DNA of 64,000 nt from Octopus bimaculoides. Its lineage: Eukaryota. Within the stretch, counting starts at the first letter, position 1; the number at the start of each line of letters is the position of its first letter. Made by a program: the position numbers and the translations under genes. Location of the stretch: assembly GCF_001194135.2 (NCBI RefSeq), contig NC_068983.1:14608794-14672793 (forward strand). The letters run 5' to 3'. Shown piece after piece: positions 12,017-23,173 of this stretch. The notes beneath the pieces were generated by a model. It saw only the letters and a program-made list of their open reading frames with translations. It was not told the origin of the DNA and ran no database searches.

Positions 12017-12784
12017 TAAACTTTCCCTCATAAAAGCATTTTGAAACGTTACACTAAGCCCGTACTTTTCCTTTTTAGAACTCTTGTGTTAGACACCGAG
12101 GAAATGGGATGTTTAAAAGAAGCCTTGCCTTACTAGAAGACGTCATCAGCAGCAGGATTACTGGCTCCGGATGAAAGAGTTAAACTGTTTTTAAGTTGCT
12201 CAATTATTGTTAAAATATTAGCCTGATAGGTTTTGAAGCTGCTTTCGCCGATAGTATTAGTGATGTTGTGAAGACGTTACCTGTTGAACCAAATATCTTA
12301 CGTCGTGTTATAAAATTTTCCTCATTCTCATTGTGAATGACTCTTGCAGGGAAAAAAAAATAAAGCAACACAGAGAGAGAGAGAACGTTTGATTAGCAAC
12401 CAGAAGACACTACACAGTCCAGGAACTACCAGCCTTCAGCTGTCTGAGACGGTGGTTTGATACGCACACAGATATGCCGAAACTCATCCAAATAACTACC
12501 GTTCAGCTGTTTTCTGTTGTTATGGTTAAATCACCCACAACCACGATTAATCTCCTGCTCCACGAATGGGTGTGCTGATGTCTCCATTTATTCTTTAGGA
12601 CTTGTTGGTCTCGTTGCATCTCCACTTAGGTACTTGCAACATACTCGATCTGTCGCTCCCACCTCATACTGTGTCATGCTCAAGGTTTCGTTGGCTGTCA
12701 TTTTGCAATGATTTTAATAGTAGGTTAGCGGTGTCATTCTTACCGGAATTAGAAAGCTGAAAGCTTCATATAATAAATTCTGGT

Positions 12785-12950
12785 CACGGCAGTGTGTGAA
12801 ACTAAGAAACTCGTTCTGCAGTTGTGTGGGTTCGGGTTCATTCCCATAGCTCGGTATCTTGTGCATGTAACTTCTGCTATAACTCCAGGACGACCAATGC
12901 CTTGTGAGTGCATTTTTTAGATGCTAACTAAAGGGAAGTTTATCGAACAT
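12785..12950 (+). mobile_element. old SINE family A, 5' half
   Basis: gggttcgggttcattccc B-box; gaccaatgccttgtgagtg; followed by (TATG)n. Confidence 0.7.
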
Positions 12951-13027
12951 GTATGTATGTATGTATGTATGTATGTATCATACCATATGTTACATGTATA
13001 TTATATCATACCTTGAAACTGTGTGGA

Positions 13028-14208
13028 CTAAGATCGTCGTTGACAGGCCGCTGGTATATATACAATGTGTATGCAAATTAGGAACTCCTCCATAGAGTAA
13101 TTGTCGCATTTGTTGAGTACATAAACAGTTTGGCTGTTCGAACCTGGTTCAATGCACTTACGAGGGGGAAAATGGCATCTTTGCTGGTAAAATTGGGCTG
13201 GAAATTGCCTATACATACATTTCTATTTATCATATTCATCATGAAATCATTTCTGTAGAAACATTTTGAGTTCCAAATAATCCCTTGGTCCATAGGTTGT
13301 ATGAGAGATGTCACATTTAGTGATAATCAACAGGCAAAAACATTCCCGCACGATGACAGTCTTGTCTAGTTAGGATGTGCTCTACAATTGTCTAATAGTA
13401 TCAGGCATTGTGAATCAGATTTACCTAATTCGTGAGAGTGCATTTGTACAGCTGGCACAAATTCCTGTTTGAATCATTATCTGAACAAACGTTGATTCAT
13501 CCATCCATTTTTTGAAGAAATCTAATTGTCGGGGACACTTAGATTTACCAATGACAAGTATCTCAAGTTTGTGAGTTCCAGAAGCATTAGGACATACCAT
13601 CACTGTAAGTTTCTTTTTATTTAATTTGAATCCTTTTATTTTCTGCTCCTCTGATCCAGCAAAAGTTTTTATAGGTAAGCACTTCCAATTTATATGTTTT
13701 ATTAGCATTGTAAATACTATCTTATGTTAAAGCATAATCCTCAATTATGTCTTTGAATTTTTCGCAATAGGTTGACACAGAGCGTATCAGCAAAACGTTT
13801 TTCACCCGAAATTGGAAAACTTGTGATCCAGGCTAGGCTGAATTTCATATCCCTTCTAATATTCAACTCTTTCTTAAGAGACTTTGCTTTAGGAATTAGC
13901 CTTGGTCCCGATTGTGCTATACCTTCATTTCGCTTCAATAAAAACCATTCATGTAATATTTTATCCAATTCAACTTGCTTTGGTCCATGAAGGGTCCTCC
14001 TTTTGATTTATCTTCTTTTATTCTCAGGGAGGGGTGCAGCATTCAATATTTTCCCCCTGATCTTCTTGGTGTAGAACAGTGTGCTCCGTCCAATCTTATA
14101 ATCTTTCAATATATTACTGTTTGCAATTCCTGTATCTAATTGTCCTAGAATTTGACGCTTTTCGAGTAACGTTAGTGTAACTTGTTTTCGTTTAGAATCA
14201 TATGCCAT
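13028..14208 (-). pseudogene. degraded Tigger/pogo (Jerky-like) transposase
   Basis: Frameshifted pieces in colinear order: KRKQVTLTLLEKRQIL (psq-HTH), ILHEWFLLKRNEG...FSLAWITSF (CENP-B HTH), KLTVMVCPNASGTHKL, LILLDNCRAHP and SLIQPMDQGII (DDE_1). First catalytic D motif decayed (YNANKT). No TIRs seen. Confidence 0.9.
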
Positions 14209-14366
14209 TATGATGGGATTGCTTTACACTATTTTCAATATAATAGGGTAGTTTGAAAAGAAATAGAATATAGTCAGTGAGAATTATCATTAGTTAATCT
14301 GCATGAATTACACAATACATAGATTAGTATTTCAGTAAAATACCTAAGACTATTTAAAATATTTAG

Positions 14367-14859
14367 CCTCCTAATTCTCCAGATTTCAATCCACTAGACT
14401 ACTATGTATGGAGCATCGTTGAGAAAATGTCACTGAACACCCCCATAGCACCAACGATTCTTTGAAAGCTGCCATAGTTCGAAACACGGCCGATATGAAC
14501 AAGGACATCTTAATCCCAGTTTATAAACGATTTCGACTCCACTTAGAGCCACTTATTGATACTTATGGATGAAATTATTAAACCGATAATTTAGTTTTAT
14601 GTTTATGTTATTTTTTATAAATATTATGTCTCAAGCTACTGCTATCTAGCACCATCGGATGATCTCTACTCTACTGTCAGTGCACCCGTTAGTCGACTGC
14701 TACCACGGTCAGACTACCTCTATTTATATGTCTTGGTCGAGCCTACTTCGCTTGGGGGCATCGACACAACAATAAAAATACAGGGGTTTTTCCTGTTATT
14801 ATACAAGCGTTTTTTTTTTGAAGATCATAAATCTGTCCTCAAATACCGTCCGCAACCTG
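14367..14859 (+). mobile_element. Tc1/mariner maT (DD37D-like) 3' remnant with right TIR, interrupted by solo LTR
   Basis: + strand PPNSPDFNPLDYYVWSIVE, frameshift, then HPHSTNDSLKAAIVR...KRFRLHLEPLI; ends ...ccgtccgcaacctg|TA. Not in the ORF track. Subfamily call is from motif recall. Confidence 0.75.
14622..14771 (+). mobile_element. solo-LTR/TRIM-like element, copy 1
   Basis: TATTATGTC...GACACAACA termini; 5-bp TSD ATAAA at 14617-14621 and 14772-14776; homologous to 47999-48173 and 34416-34573. Confidence 0.75.
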
Positions 14860-15658
14860 TATATATATATANNNNNNNNNNNNNNNNNNNNNNNNNNNNN
14901 NNNNNNNNNNNNNNNNNNNNNNNNNNNNNNNNNNNNNNNNNNNNNNNNNNNNNNNNNNNNNNNNNNNNNNNNNNNNNNNNNNNNNNNNNNNNNNNNNNNN
15001 NNNNNNNNNNNNNNNNNNNNNNNNNNNNNNNNNNNNNNNNNNNNNNNNNNNNNNNNNNNNNNNNNNNNNNNNNNNNNNNNNNNNNNNNNNNNNNNNNNNN
15101 NNNNNNNNNNNNNNNNNNNNNNNNNNNNNNNNNNNNNNNNNNNNNNNNNNNNNNNNNNNNNNNNNNNNNNNNNNNNNNNNNNNNNNNNNNNNNNNNNNNN
15201 NNNNNNNNNNNNNNNNNNNNNNNNNNNNNNNNNNNNNNNNNNNNNNNNNNNNNNNNNNNNNNNNNNNNNNNNNNNNNNNNNNNNNNNNNNNNNNNNNNNN
15301 NNNNNNNNNNNNNNNNNNNNNNNNNNNNNNNNNNNNNNNNNNNNNNNNNNNNNNNNNNNNNNNNNNNNNNNNNNNNNNNNNNNNNNNNNNNNNNNNNNNN
15401 NNNNNNNNNNNNNNNNNNNNNNNNNNNNNNNNNNNNNNNNNNNNNNNNNNNNNNNNNNNNNNNNNNNNNNNNNNNNNNNNNNNNNNNNNNNNNNNNNNNN
15501 NNNNNNNNNNNNNNNNNNNNNNNNNNNNNNNNNNNNNNNNNNNNNNNNNNNNNNNNNNNNNNNNNNNNNNNNNNNNNNNNNNNNNNNNNNNNNATATATA
15601 TATATATATACATACATATATATTTATGTATGTATTTTCTATGTGTGTGTATATATGT

Positions 15659-15978
15659 GAAGTCGCATGGCTCAGTGGCTGCGTGTTGTGTTCTTGAGCA
15701 AGACACTTTATTTCACGTTGCTCCAGTTCACTCAGCTGTAGAAATGAGTTGCAACATCACTGGTGCCAAGCTGTATCAGCCTATGCCTTTCACNNNNNNN
15801 NNNGCCAAGCTGTATCAGCCTATGCCTTTCACTTGGATAACGTCAGTGGTGTGGAGAGGGGAGGCTGGCATGCATGGGCGACTGCTGGTCTTCCATAAAC
15901 AACCTTGCCCAGACTTGAGCCCGGGAGGGTAACTTTCTAGGTGCAATCCCATAGTCAGTCATGATCAAAGGGGCTCTC
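15659..15978 (+). mobile_element. tRNA-SINE family E (cttgagcaagacacttt core), B-box region deleted
   Basis: catggctcagtgg head joined directly to gtgttgtgttcttgagcaagacactttatttcacgttgctccagttcactcagctg; distinct 3' tail. Confidence 0.7.
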
Positions 15979-16782
15979 AGCATATATATGTATATATCTA
16001 TATGTATATATATATACATTTATATATGTATATATATATAAGTATATAGATATGTATATGTGTGTGCGCGCGTGTGTTTGCATGTTTTTGTGTATCTGTA
16101 TGTGTTGTGTATTATGTGTATAAATACATTGCTTCTGGGCAAGTACGTGAACGTCTAATATGGCTGCCTTAAATCTTACTGAGCGACTCACGTGATTCCC
16201 AGGGAAAATTTTGTACAAACAGTCATTCAGAGAAAGTGTAGATACACAATTTCCTCGTGTTATTTATTACATTATTCAAGCGAAATCTTTGAGTTAATTC
16301 TCTATAGAAATATGTTTGGTACTTCACTGTGTTATTTGATATGCATTGCGTAATGCTTTTATTATTCAGATATATTCTAAGCATCTTATTTCTACAAGAA
16401 ATTCGAATAAATGTAATTATTTACTGAGATCTCTGATTCAACGGGTTTAGAGATAAATGTTATGTTATCTCCTCGTGTTTCACTGTCCACTCACAGATTA
16501 CGAAACTTTCAACTTGTGAGAATTCATCAATACTTGTGATAGAATTGCTTATTTAATCATTGTTGAAAACTTTTCAATAATGGAAATGCAAACATGGAAA
16601 TTATAATCCTCGAAAGGAATAAATAATAAATAAAAAGAAGAGGAAAAAAATTGCAGAAAGGAAAATCAAAAGAATGATATGATAAACATGAAATAGAGGC
16701 AATACAATTGTCGATTATGTAGCGTAAGTGTTGCCGCTCAAACACGAGTTTTATTGAAAAACGGAGCAGATGTCGCCGCCGC

Positions 16783-16868
<86 letters not shown>

Positions 16869-16954
16869 AACAGCAAAAATATTATTAAAGGAAGAACATG
16901 AAGAAGTAGAATAATAATAATAATAATAATAATAATGATGATAATGATGATAAT

Positions 16955-16992
<38 letters not shown>

Positions 16993-17060
16993 GAAGAAGA
17001 AGAAGTAGAAGAAGAAGAAGAAAAAAAAAAGTAGTAGAAGAAAAAGAAGAAGAAGAAGAA
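16783..17060. repeat. compound microsatellite (CTA)n-(TAA)n...(TAA)n-(GAA)n
   Basis: Direct reading. Confidence 0.95.
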
Positions 17061-17099
17061 GAATGGCTTCGAATTTATGCATATTAAGGTCAGGTGACG

Positions 17100-17307
17100 A
17101 TAATAATAATTCTTTTTATTATGGGCATAAAGCAAGAAGGGGCTCGATCATATTGACCCCAGTCCGTGACTGGTATTTATTTCATCGAACAGGAAAGGAT
17201 GAAAGGCAAAGTCTACCTTGGTAGAATTTGAGCTCAAAACGTGAAGACGACGGAAATGGCTCTAAGCATTTTGCCTGGTGCGCTAACGATTCTGCCAGCT
17301 CGCCGCC
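17100..17307 (-). mobile_element. SINE family B
   Basis: Head ctgccagctcgccgcc at the right end, B-box and core present. Confidence 0.88.
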
Positions 17308-17309
17308 TT

Positions 17310-17521
17310 ACTCTCTTTTTACTTGTTTCAGCCATTTGACTGCGGCCATGCTGGAGCACCGCCTTTAGTCGAGCGCAAATCGACCCCAGGACTTATTCTT
17401 TGTAAGCCTATTACTTATTCTATCGGTCTCTTTTGCCGAATCGATAACTTACGTGACGCAAACACCCCAGCATCGGTTGTCAAGCGATGCTGGGGGGACA
17501 AACACAGACACACGCACGAAC

Positions 17522-17572
<51 letters not shown>

Positions 17573-17737
17573 CATATATACGACGGGCTTCTTTCAGTTT
17601 CCGCCTACCAAATCCACTCACAAGGCTTTGGTCGGCCCGAGGCTATAGTAGAAGACACTTACCCAAGGTGCCACGCAGTAGCGCTGAACCCAGAACCATG
17701 TAGTTGGTAAGCAAGCTACTTACCACACAGCCACTCC
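17310..17737 (-). mobile_element. SINE family A, full length
   Basis: Complete tail, internal (CA)n(TA)n and head; abuts family B copies on both sides. Confidence 0.92.
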
Positions 17738-17765
17738 TTAGATGATAATAATAATAATAATAAAA

Positions 17766-17980
17766 ATAATAATACTTTCTACTATAGACACAAGGCCTTA
17801 AATTTGGGGGAGGGGACTATTCGATTGCATCGACGCCAGTGTTTCACTGGTACTTATTTTATTGACCCTGAAAAGATGAAAGGCAAAATCGACCTCGGCG
17901 GAATTTGAACTCAGAACGTGAAGACGGACGAAATGTCATTAAGCATTTACCAGGCGTGCTAACGATCCTGCCAGCTCGCC
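17766..17980 (-). mobile_element. SINE family B (tail type 1)
   Basis: tactttctactatagacacaaggcc tail through ctgccagctcgcc head. Confidence 0.9.
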
Positions 17981-18000
17981 TTTTTACACGATAGTAGTAT

Positions 18001-18167
18001 TAATAATGGTTTCAATTTTGGAACAAAGAGAGACATTTTGGCGTTTGGTACCTCGAAAAGAGAAAAAGCAAAATCGATGATCGGAGTTTGAACTCAGAGA
18101 ATAAGGACGTACGACATGGCGCTAAATATTTTCGCCGGCGTGTTAGCGAATCTGCCAGCTCGCCGCC
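18001..18167 (-). mobile_element. SINE family B (tail type 2), internally deleted
   Basis: tggtttcaattttggaacaa tail; head tctgccagctcgccgcc. Confidence 0.8.
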
Positions 18168-18269
18168 TTATACGATAATAATAATAATAATCATTTCTAC
18201 TATAAGCACAAGACCTGGAATTTGGGAGAGGTGGATAAGTCTAAGGTCTTGGCCACAAGAACCGCAAAT

Positions 18270-19610
18270 AACAAAACCCTTTAGGACAATTTGCAGTGGG
18301 GATGCAAATGACGTTTGTAGACAACAGAAAACAAGAGAACTATATATCACAATTTCCTCACCCCGTGAAAATCCACTCAGGGACAATTCAAGAACTCCGT
18401 CGATGCCGTGTTGTCCAGCTCTTGATGATTGTCATACTTTTCGGCCGACAAACCATTCTTAAAGTACTTTCATTCACTCGGGGTATCCTCGTTGATTTAA
18501 CGTTCTTTGATGGTGACAGCACTTGTTTCTCCAGCCCCGCTTTCTTTTTCATGTGGAATGCTAATGATGGCTTGGTCAAAAGAAAGTATCTGTCTCTAGT
18601 CCTTTTATTTGCGCCAACTACCCAACCCGTCTTGCCGTCGCCACCAAAATGAAGAAAAGTACCTGTTCTGTCCGGCAAAGAAAGCCAGCTGAGTGATCTT
18701 CACGACAGAGTCTCATGAAAGTCAGATGTCTCCTATACATTACTGCAACTCATGCTTAAGTACTGCAAGAGCCTGTGCAGGACGGTTTCGTCACATTGCG
18801 CGCATCAAGGGCAGGCGCAACAGGCCGTACTGTCATGCCTGTAGAGTTCATCACGAAGTGGTAATGCCGTTCGATAGCACTGCAAGGGTAGAGATTTCAA
18901 GAAATTATCCTTCGGCCCTGCCTTAATCCGTTTTGCATGTTGTACAAATGACTGAGACTACAACACCGCACCTCCTGAAACGGTACGCCGTTCCGTCGCA
19001 AATTTAACGTCCTAGCTATTAGTTGAACTCCTTTAGAGCTGGGGGGAGTGGGGCAATTTGAAATGAAGTAACGTACCACCGGATCCAGGAATCAAAAGTG
19101 CGATCTTATGATTATGAGTGGAACACCCTCGCTACTAGATGAGGCTCATTTACTAATACAGGATTGCAGCCTTGTTAAAGAGACGAGCTGCAGAACGAGT
19201 GCGGCAAAGGTTAATCCACTTGCTCACCGTCAAGGAAATAGGTCAGTAAAAAGTGATCAGCAAATAGAACATCCGGCACAAGCGCCTTAGTAGAGAGCGG
19301 AAGAGCAGAGTTCCATTTTAGTTAGCTGTACGACATTCAGCACTTCCGTCCCACATTTCAGGGATAGTTTAATTTTGGCATTTTTCTTGGTGAAACGCAG
19401 CTCGTCACCTTTTCTCATTGTAGATATATAAAAAAATAAACCACGAGCAATTTAATTGTTCCGTCTGCAGCTCTCCAGTTATTTGACCAGTTAACGTTGT
19501 ATGTCATCAGCTGTCATCGGCATTTTACAGAATGTTGCATCCTCAGTCGAGAGCCGAGGCAAGCTGTCGAGGTTTGGTGTGGAAAAGTCTACTAATATCT
19601 CCGACGTGCC
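18270..19610 (-). pseudogene. L1/Tx1-clade LINE ORF2 remnant (pre-RT linker, post-RT region, CCHC zinc finger); RT core missing
   Basis: Minus frames: NLDSLPRLSTEDATFCKMPMTADDI; LQLVSLTRLQSCI; GPKDNFLKSLPLQCYRTALPLRDELYRH..CACP*CAQCDETVLHRLLQ (zf-RVT-like). Many stops and frameshifts. Confidence 0.8.
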
Positions 19611-20651
19611 TCTAACAAAGTGCCTCTGAAAAGTCACTACATTTTGAAGCAAGTACTAGGTCTGTCAAAGACCGTCTATCAGATAAAGTTTCCCACGTTC
19701 CGAGTTCAATCTCACTGAGGTCAAATTTTCTATTCACTCTTTCTGTGTCGTTATAATAAAGTATTAGTCAGATACGAGGGTCGATAAATTAGACCGTTTC
19801 TTTCTCAGCATATTCTGATTTTGTGCCTTATATTTGAATCAGTTATTTGTTTCTGCATCTCTAAATAACTGGCTAATAAGCAATATATTTTAGGATGCAT
19901 TTAATTAACACGTAAACATCACAAAGCCACAGGGGCACTCCATGAATAATAGAGTTTCGAATTGTGCATGAAATTTGGGTCATTGGTTCAAATTAATAAG
20001 CAAAATTAATTTTTAAAAAAGCAATTTGACGTTGAAAAACTTCCATATATTCACCGGAAACAAGACTGCAACCATTTCAATAGATATATGTTAATTACAT
20101 GGCGAAATATTTGATATTCAACAAAATTTTCGATTAAAATTCGCAGTTGATATATAATATTATGAAATGAGTTTAATATAAATGTCCCAAAAGAATAGAC
20201 TAATCGAAGAAATATGAATATAATTTTGATATTTGTTTAGTAATTCTTCAATTTAAATTCATATATTGTTTGGGTTTTCATTTTTACTATTTAGAAATAT
20301 AACGTTTTCCATCATTAAATGTTTAAACTTTTGAAATGAAAATGAATTTAATGTGCAGCAAATTAACCTGCGACGCAATAAATGTTTGCTAAGCAATTTA
20401 TGAATTAAAAATATTGAAAAGAATCAATATTTTATGTTCTAATTAAGTAGAACCAAAACTTCCTTGCGCAGCATAAAAACGTTTCTGCTTAATCCGCTTA
20501 GAAAAGATATATTGTACATTCTTATGTATTATAGACAGCAATCATAACTATGTGGTTGCGAAAATCGTTGAGTAATTACATGTTTCCAGGTTCGATCCCA
20601 CAGCTTAGTTTTCTACAAGGTTCCTTTACAAGATCTTGGAAACCATATATA

Positions 20652-20860
20652 CGAAGTTGTGCTGGAAAGTTCTTGCATTTAGGCAAAAGAAGATTCAGGA
20701 GGATAAATTAATTATGACTTTATTCAACGTGATTTTATTCACAAACATTTACAGCGGTACTTAAGTTTTTCTAAGCCCTGTAAAAGAACTCGGAGGTATG
20801 GGCCTCCAACTAGGTCTTTCGCGATACCCTTAATACCAGGAGCTTTTCAGCACACCCTCG
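20652..20860. mobile_element. complete 209-bp mariner-type MITE
   Basis: TA|cgaagttgtgctggaaagttcttgc...ccaggagcttttcagcacaccctcg|TA; imperfect TIRs and TA TSD. Confidence 0.88.
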
Positions 20861-21346
20861 TATAGTCTGAGTCAAATTGTGTGGGCTGTCTCTGTGTTAA
20901 TGTCCGACGAAGAGAAAGTTCCTGTTGATAAAAGGTAAAAGGTAAAAGTAACGAAATTCATTACTATGGTGAAGTATTCGCGCGAGTTCTTTAATCTAAT
21001 AACTAACCTTCTGCTTGCCTCAGCTCACGATATGAGTAATGAAATCTTATTTCTTTGAATAAGCTACCGAAAGCAAAATGCTTGATTATAGATTCCTACA
21101 TAAAACGCATTCTTTGCATTTAATATTCATTGAACTGTTCAGGCGCGTGAGCATAACTTGACCATCTACAAATGGGACACGTAATAGTCTACTAGGGAAA
21201 ATTCAACGATGAAACTCCCTTGCGAGTATTACCCTCATCAGTGGATTAGTTTATCGAGCGATGAAGACTGTTTGAGTTTTAGGAAGTACCTCCCCCACAC
21301 ACATATACATATATATGTGTGTGTGTGTGTGTGTATGTATATCTTG

Positions 21347-21419
<73 letters not shown>

Positions 21420-21482
21420 CTATAAACATATATATATATATAAATATGTATGTATGTATGTATGTATACATGCATAGATATA

Positions 21483-21556
21483 GGAGGGGTGCTGAAAAGG
21501 TCCTGGCTTTGGGTAAAAGGAAATGCAGGAGGAGCAGTTAATTATGATTTATTCAA
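21483..21556. mobile_element. left end of the same mariner MITE family
   Basis: TA|ggaggggtgctgaaaaggtcctggcttt...attatgatttattca. Confidence 0.8.
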
Positions 21557-21559
21557 ATT

Positions 21560-21895
21560 AAACAGAAAGAGAAAATACAATAAGGTTTAGTGGCTACTGA
21601 TCTATCATGGTGAATGCCGGACAGAGGCGTCACACAGGAGAGCTAGGAATGAAGGGAGATGATAAAGTAGTGGTGATCCCAAAACGAAGGTGCGCGTACG
21701 TCGGTATGTGAGAGCGTGTATGTACGTGTGGAAGGGGGCTGGTGACATTGACGCGTGCGTGTGTACATGTGTTGGTGTGTGGATGATGTTGTAGGTGCTG
21801 GGAAGTGGTCAGTGCTAGTGTGTGCGCTGGTGTAGATGCTGGGAAGTGGTCAGTGCTAGTGTGTGCGGGTAGGTGTGATGTGATGTGGTGTGATA
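21560..21895. repeat. interspersed repeat fragment with a 36-bp unit duplicated at 41-bp spacing (possibly Penelope-like UTR)
   Basis: gtaggtgctgggaagtggtcagtgctagtgtgtgcg at 21791-21826 and again at 21832-21867; PLE link is inference. Confidence 0.5.
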
Positions 21896-21907
21896 TATAT
21901 TTATATA

Positions 21908-22824
21908 CGAGGAGGTACTGACAAGAGACCGGAATTTTGCAGTATTATTCTATTCATTTAGTTTTACATGCTTACACTTTTATCGCCTTCAAAGCAATGC
22001 ATCGGTCCAGATGCATTTTCCACTGTTCGAAGCAGTGTCGGAACTCTTGCCAAGTGCCCTTTAACGCATCCGTTTCTTTCTTCACAGCTTCCACATCTGC
22101 AAATACGGTAGTGCCAAATTTCGCTACCAGTGCTGACCTTCGAAAAAAGTTTCGGATCAACTTCCAGTTGTTCTTTTAGTTTACGACATGCATTCTGTCA
22201 TGACTACTTTTCTTCTTCCAAGAGCAAGTGAGGCACAAATTTTGATGCATCTCTTTTTATTCACAATTACTCGCTCAGAATTTCTTTGGCAGGAGCCCCA
22301 GAACGCACTAGTCATATCAACAAATTCATCAATTGTTCGGCGATTGTTCTTCACGATCAGTTCATGAACGTTCATTCGCTCGGTAGGTCGACGGCCGCCT
22401 TGATGGAGGTTGGTGTTCAAGCGACAAGTGGCCATTCCAAAAGCGTGAAAACCACTCGTAAACTTGTGCTTTGCTCATGGTAGCGTCTTTGCAAGCTGTT
22501 CGAAACATGACAAATGTTTCGGTCACTGTTTTCCCCAGAAAACAGAATTTCACGGAAACACGCTGTTTCTTCGTTTCAGCCATCGCAAAAATCGACGAAC
22601 AGGGGAGAAGTACGTCAAAGAAAAAAAAAAGAAAAAAAGAAAAAAAAAAGGAAAAAAAAAAGAATAAAAAAGAAAGACACACAACGTGGCTGCAGAACTA
22701 CAAACGACGACGCTGGTTGGCAGATTGATTTCTGAGTGTCGCATCAAGAGGCTTCTAGCGGCGGAAGCGTGAACTACAACGAGCATGTCCCATAGATAAC
22801 GTTTCCATTTACTTTTGGGTAACC

Positions 22825-22828
<4 letters not shown>
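21908..22828 (-). mobile_element. internally deleted mariner transposon
   Basis: N-terminus MAETKKQRVSVKFCFLGKT...VYEWFSRF..G..SLE.QP.S.RPST and RRTIDE; C-terminus FADVEAVKK...FEQWK..LDRCIA; catalytic core absent; TA on both flanks, diverged TIRs. Confidence 0.88.
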
Positions 22829-22869
<41 letters not shown>

Positions 22870-22871
<2 letters not shown>

Positions 22872-23052
22872 GAGAATATACAAAAAATAACAACAGACGA
22901 GGACAGGTGGTGTAAATAACAAAAGTATATATTAGTATGACGCTCGGGAATACGGAAAGTCTTTGACGTTTCGAGCTACGCTCTTCAACAGAAAGAATAC
23001 GGAGACAAGGAGAAAAACACGGAGAAAAAAAATTGAATAGTGTTCAGTCAAC
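22870..23052 (-). mobile_element. Penelope-like LTR remnant (family a), copy 2
   Basis: Near-identical to 6072-6270; adjoins (TA)n at the mariner end; TTGAAGA-GCGTAGCTC-GAAACGTC motif. Confidence 0.6.
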
Positions 23053-23133
23053 GGTCAATCATAATAATGGCCGATCATAAATATATATATATACATATAT
23101 AACAATATTTTATTATATTATATTATATAAGTA

Positions 23134-23173
<40 letters not shown>

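Noticed and set aside
15765-15832. 29-bp direct repeat around a 10-N gap
   Set aside because: Identical copies on both sides of a tiny gap indicate an unmerged contig overlap.
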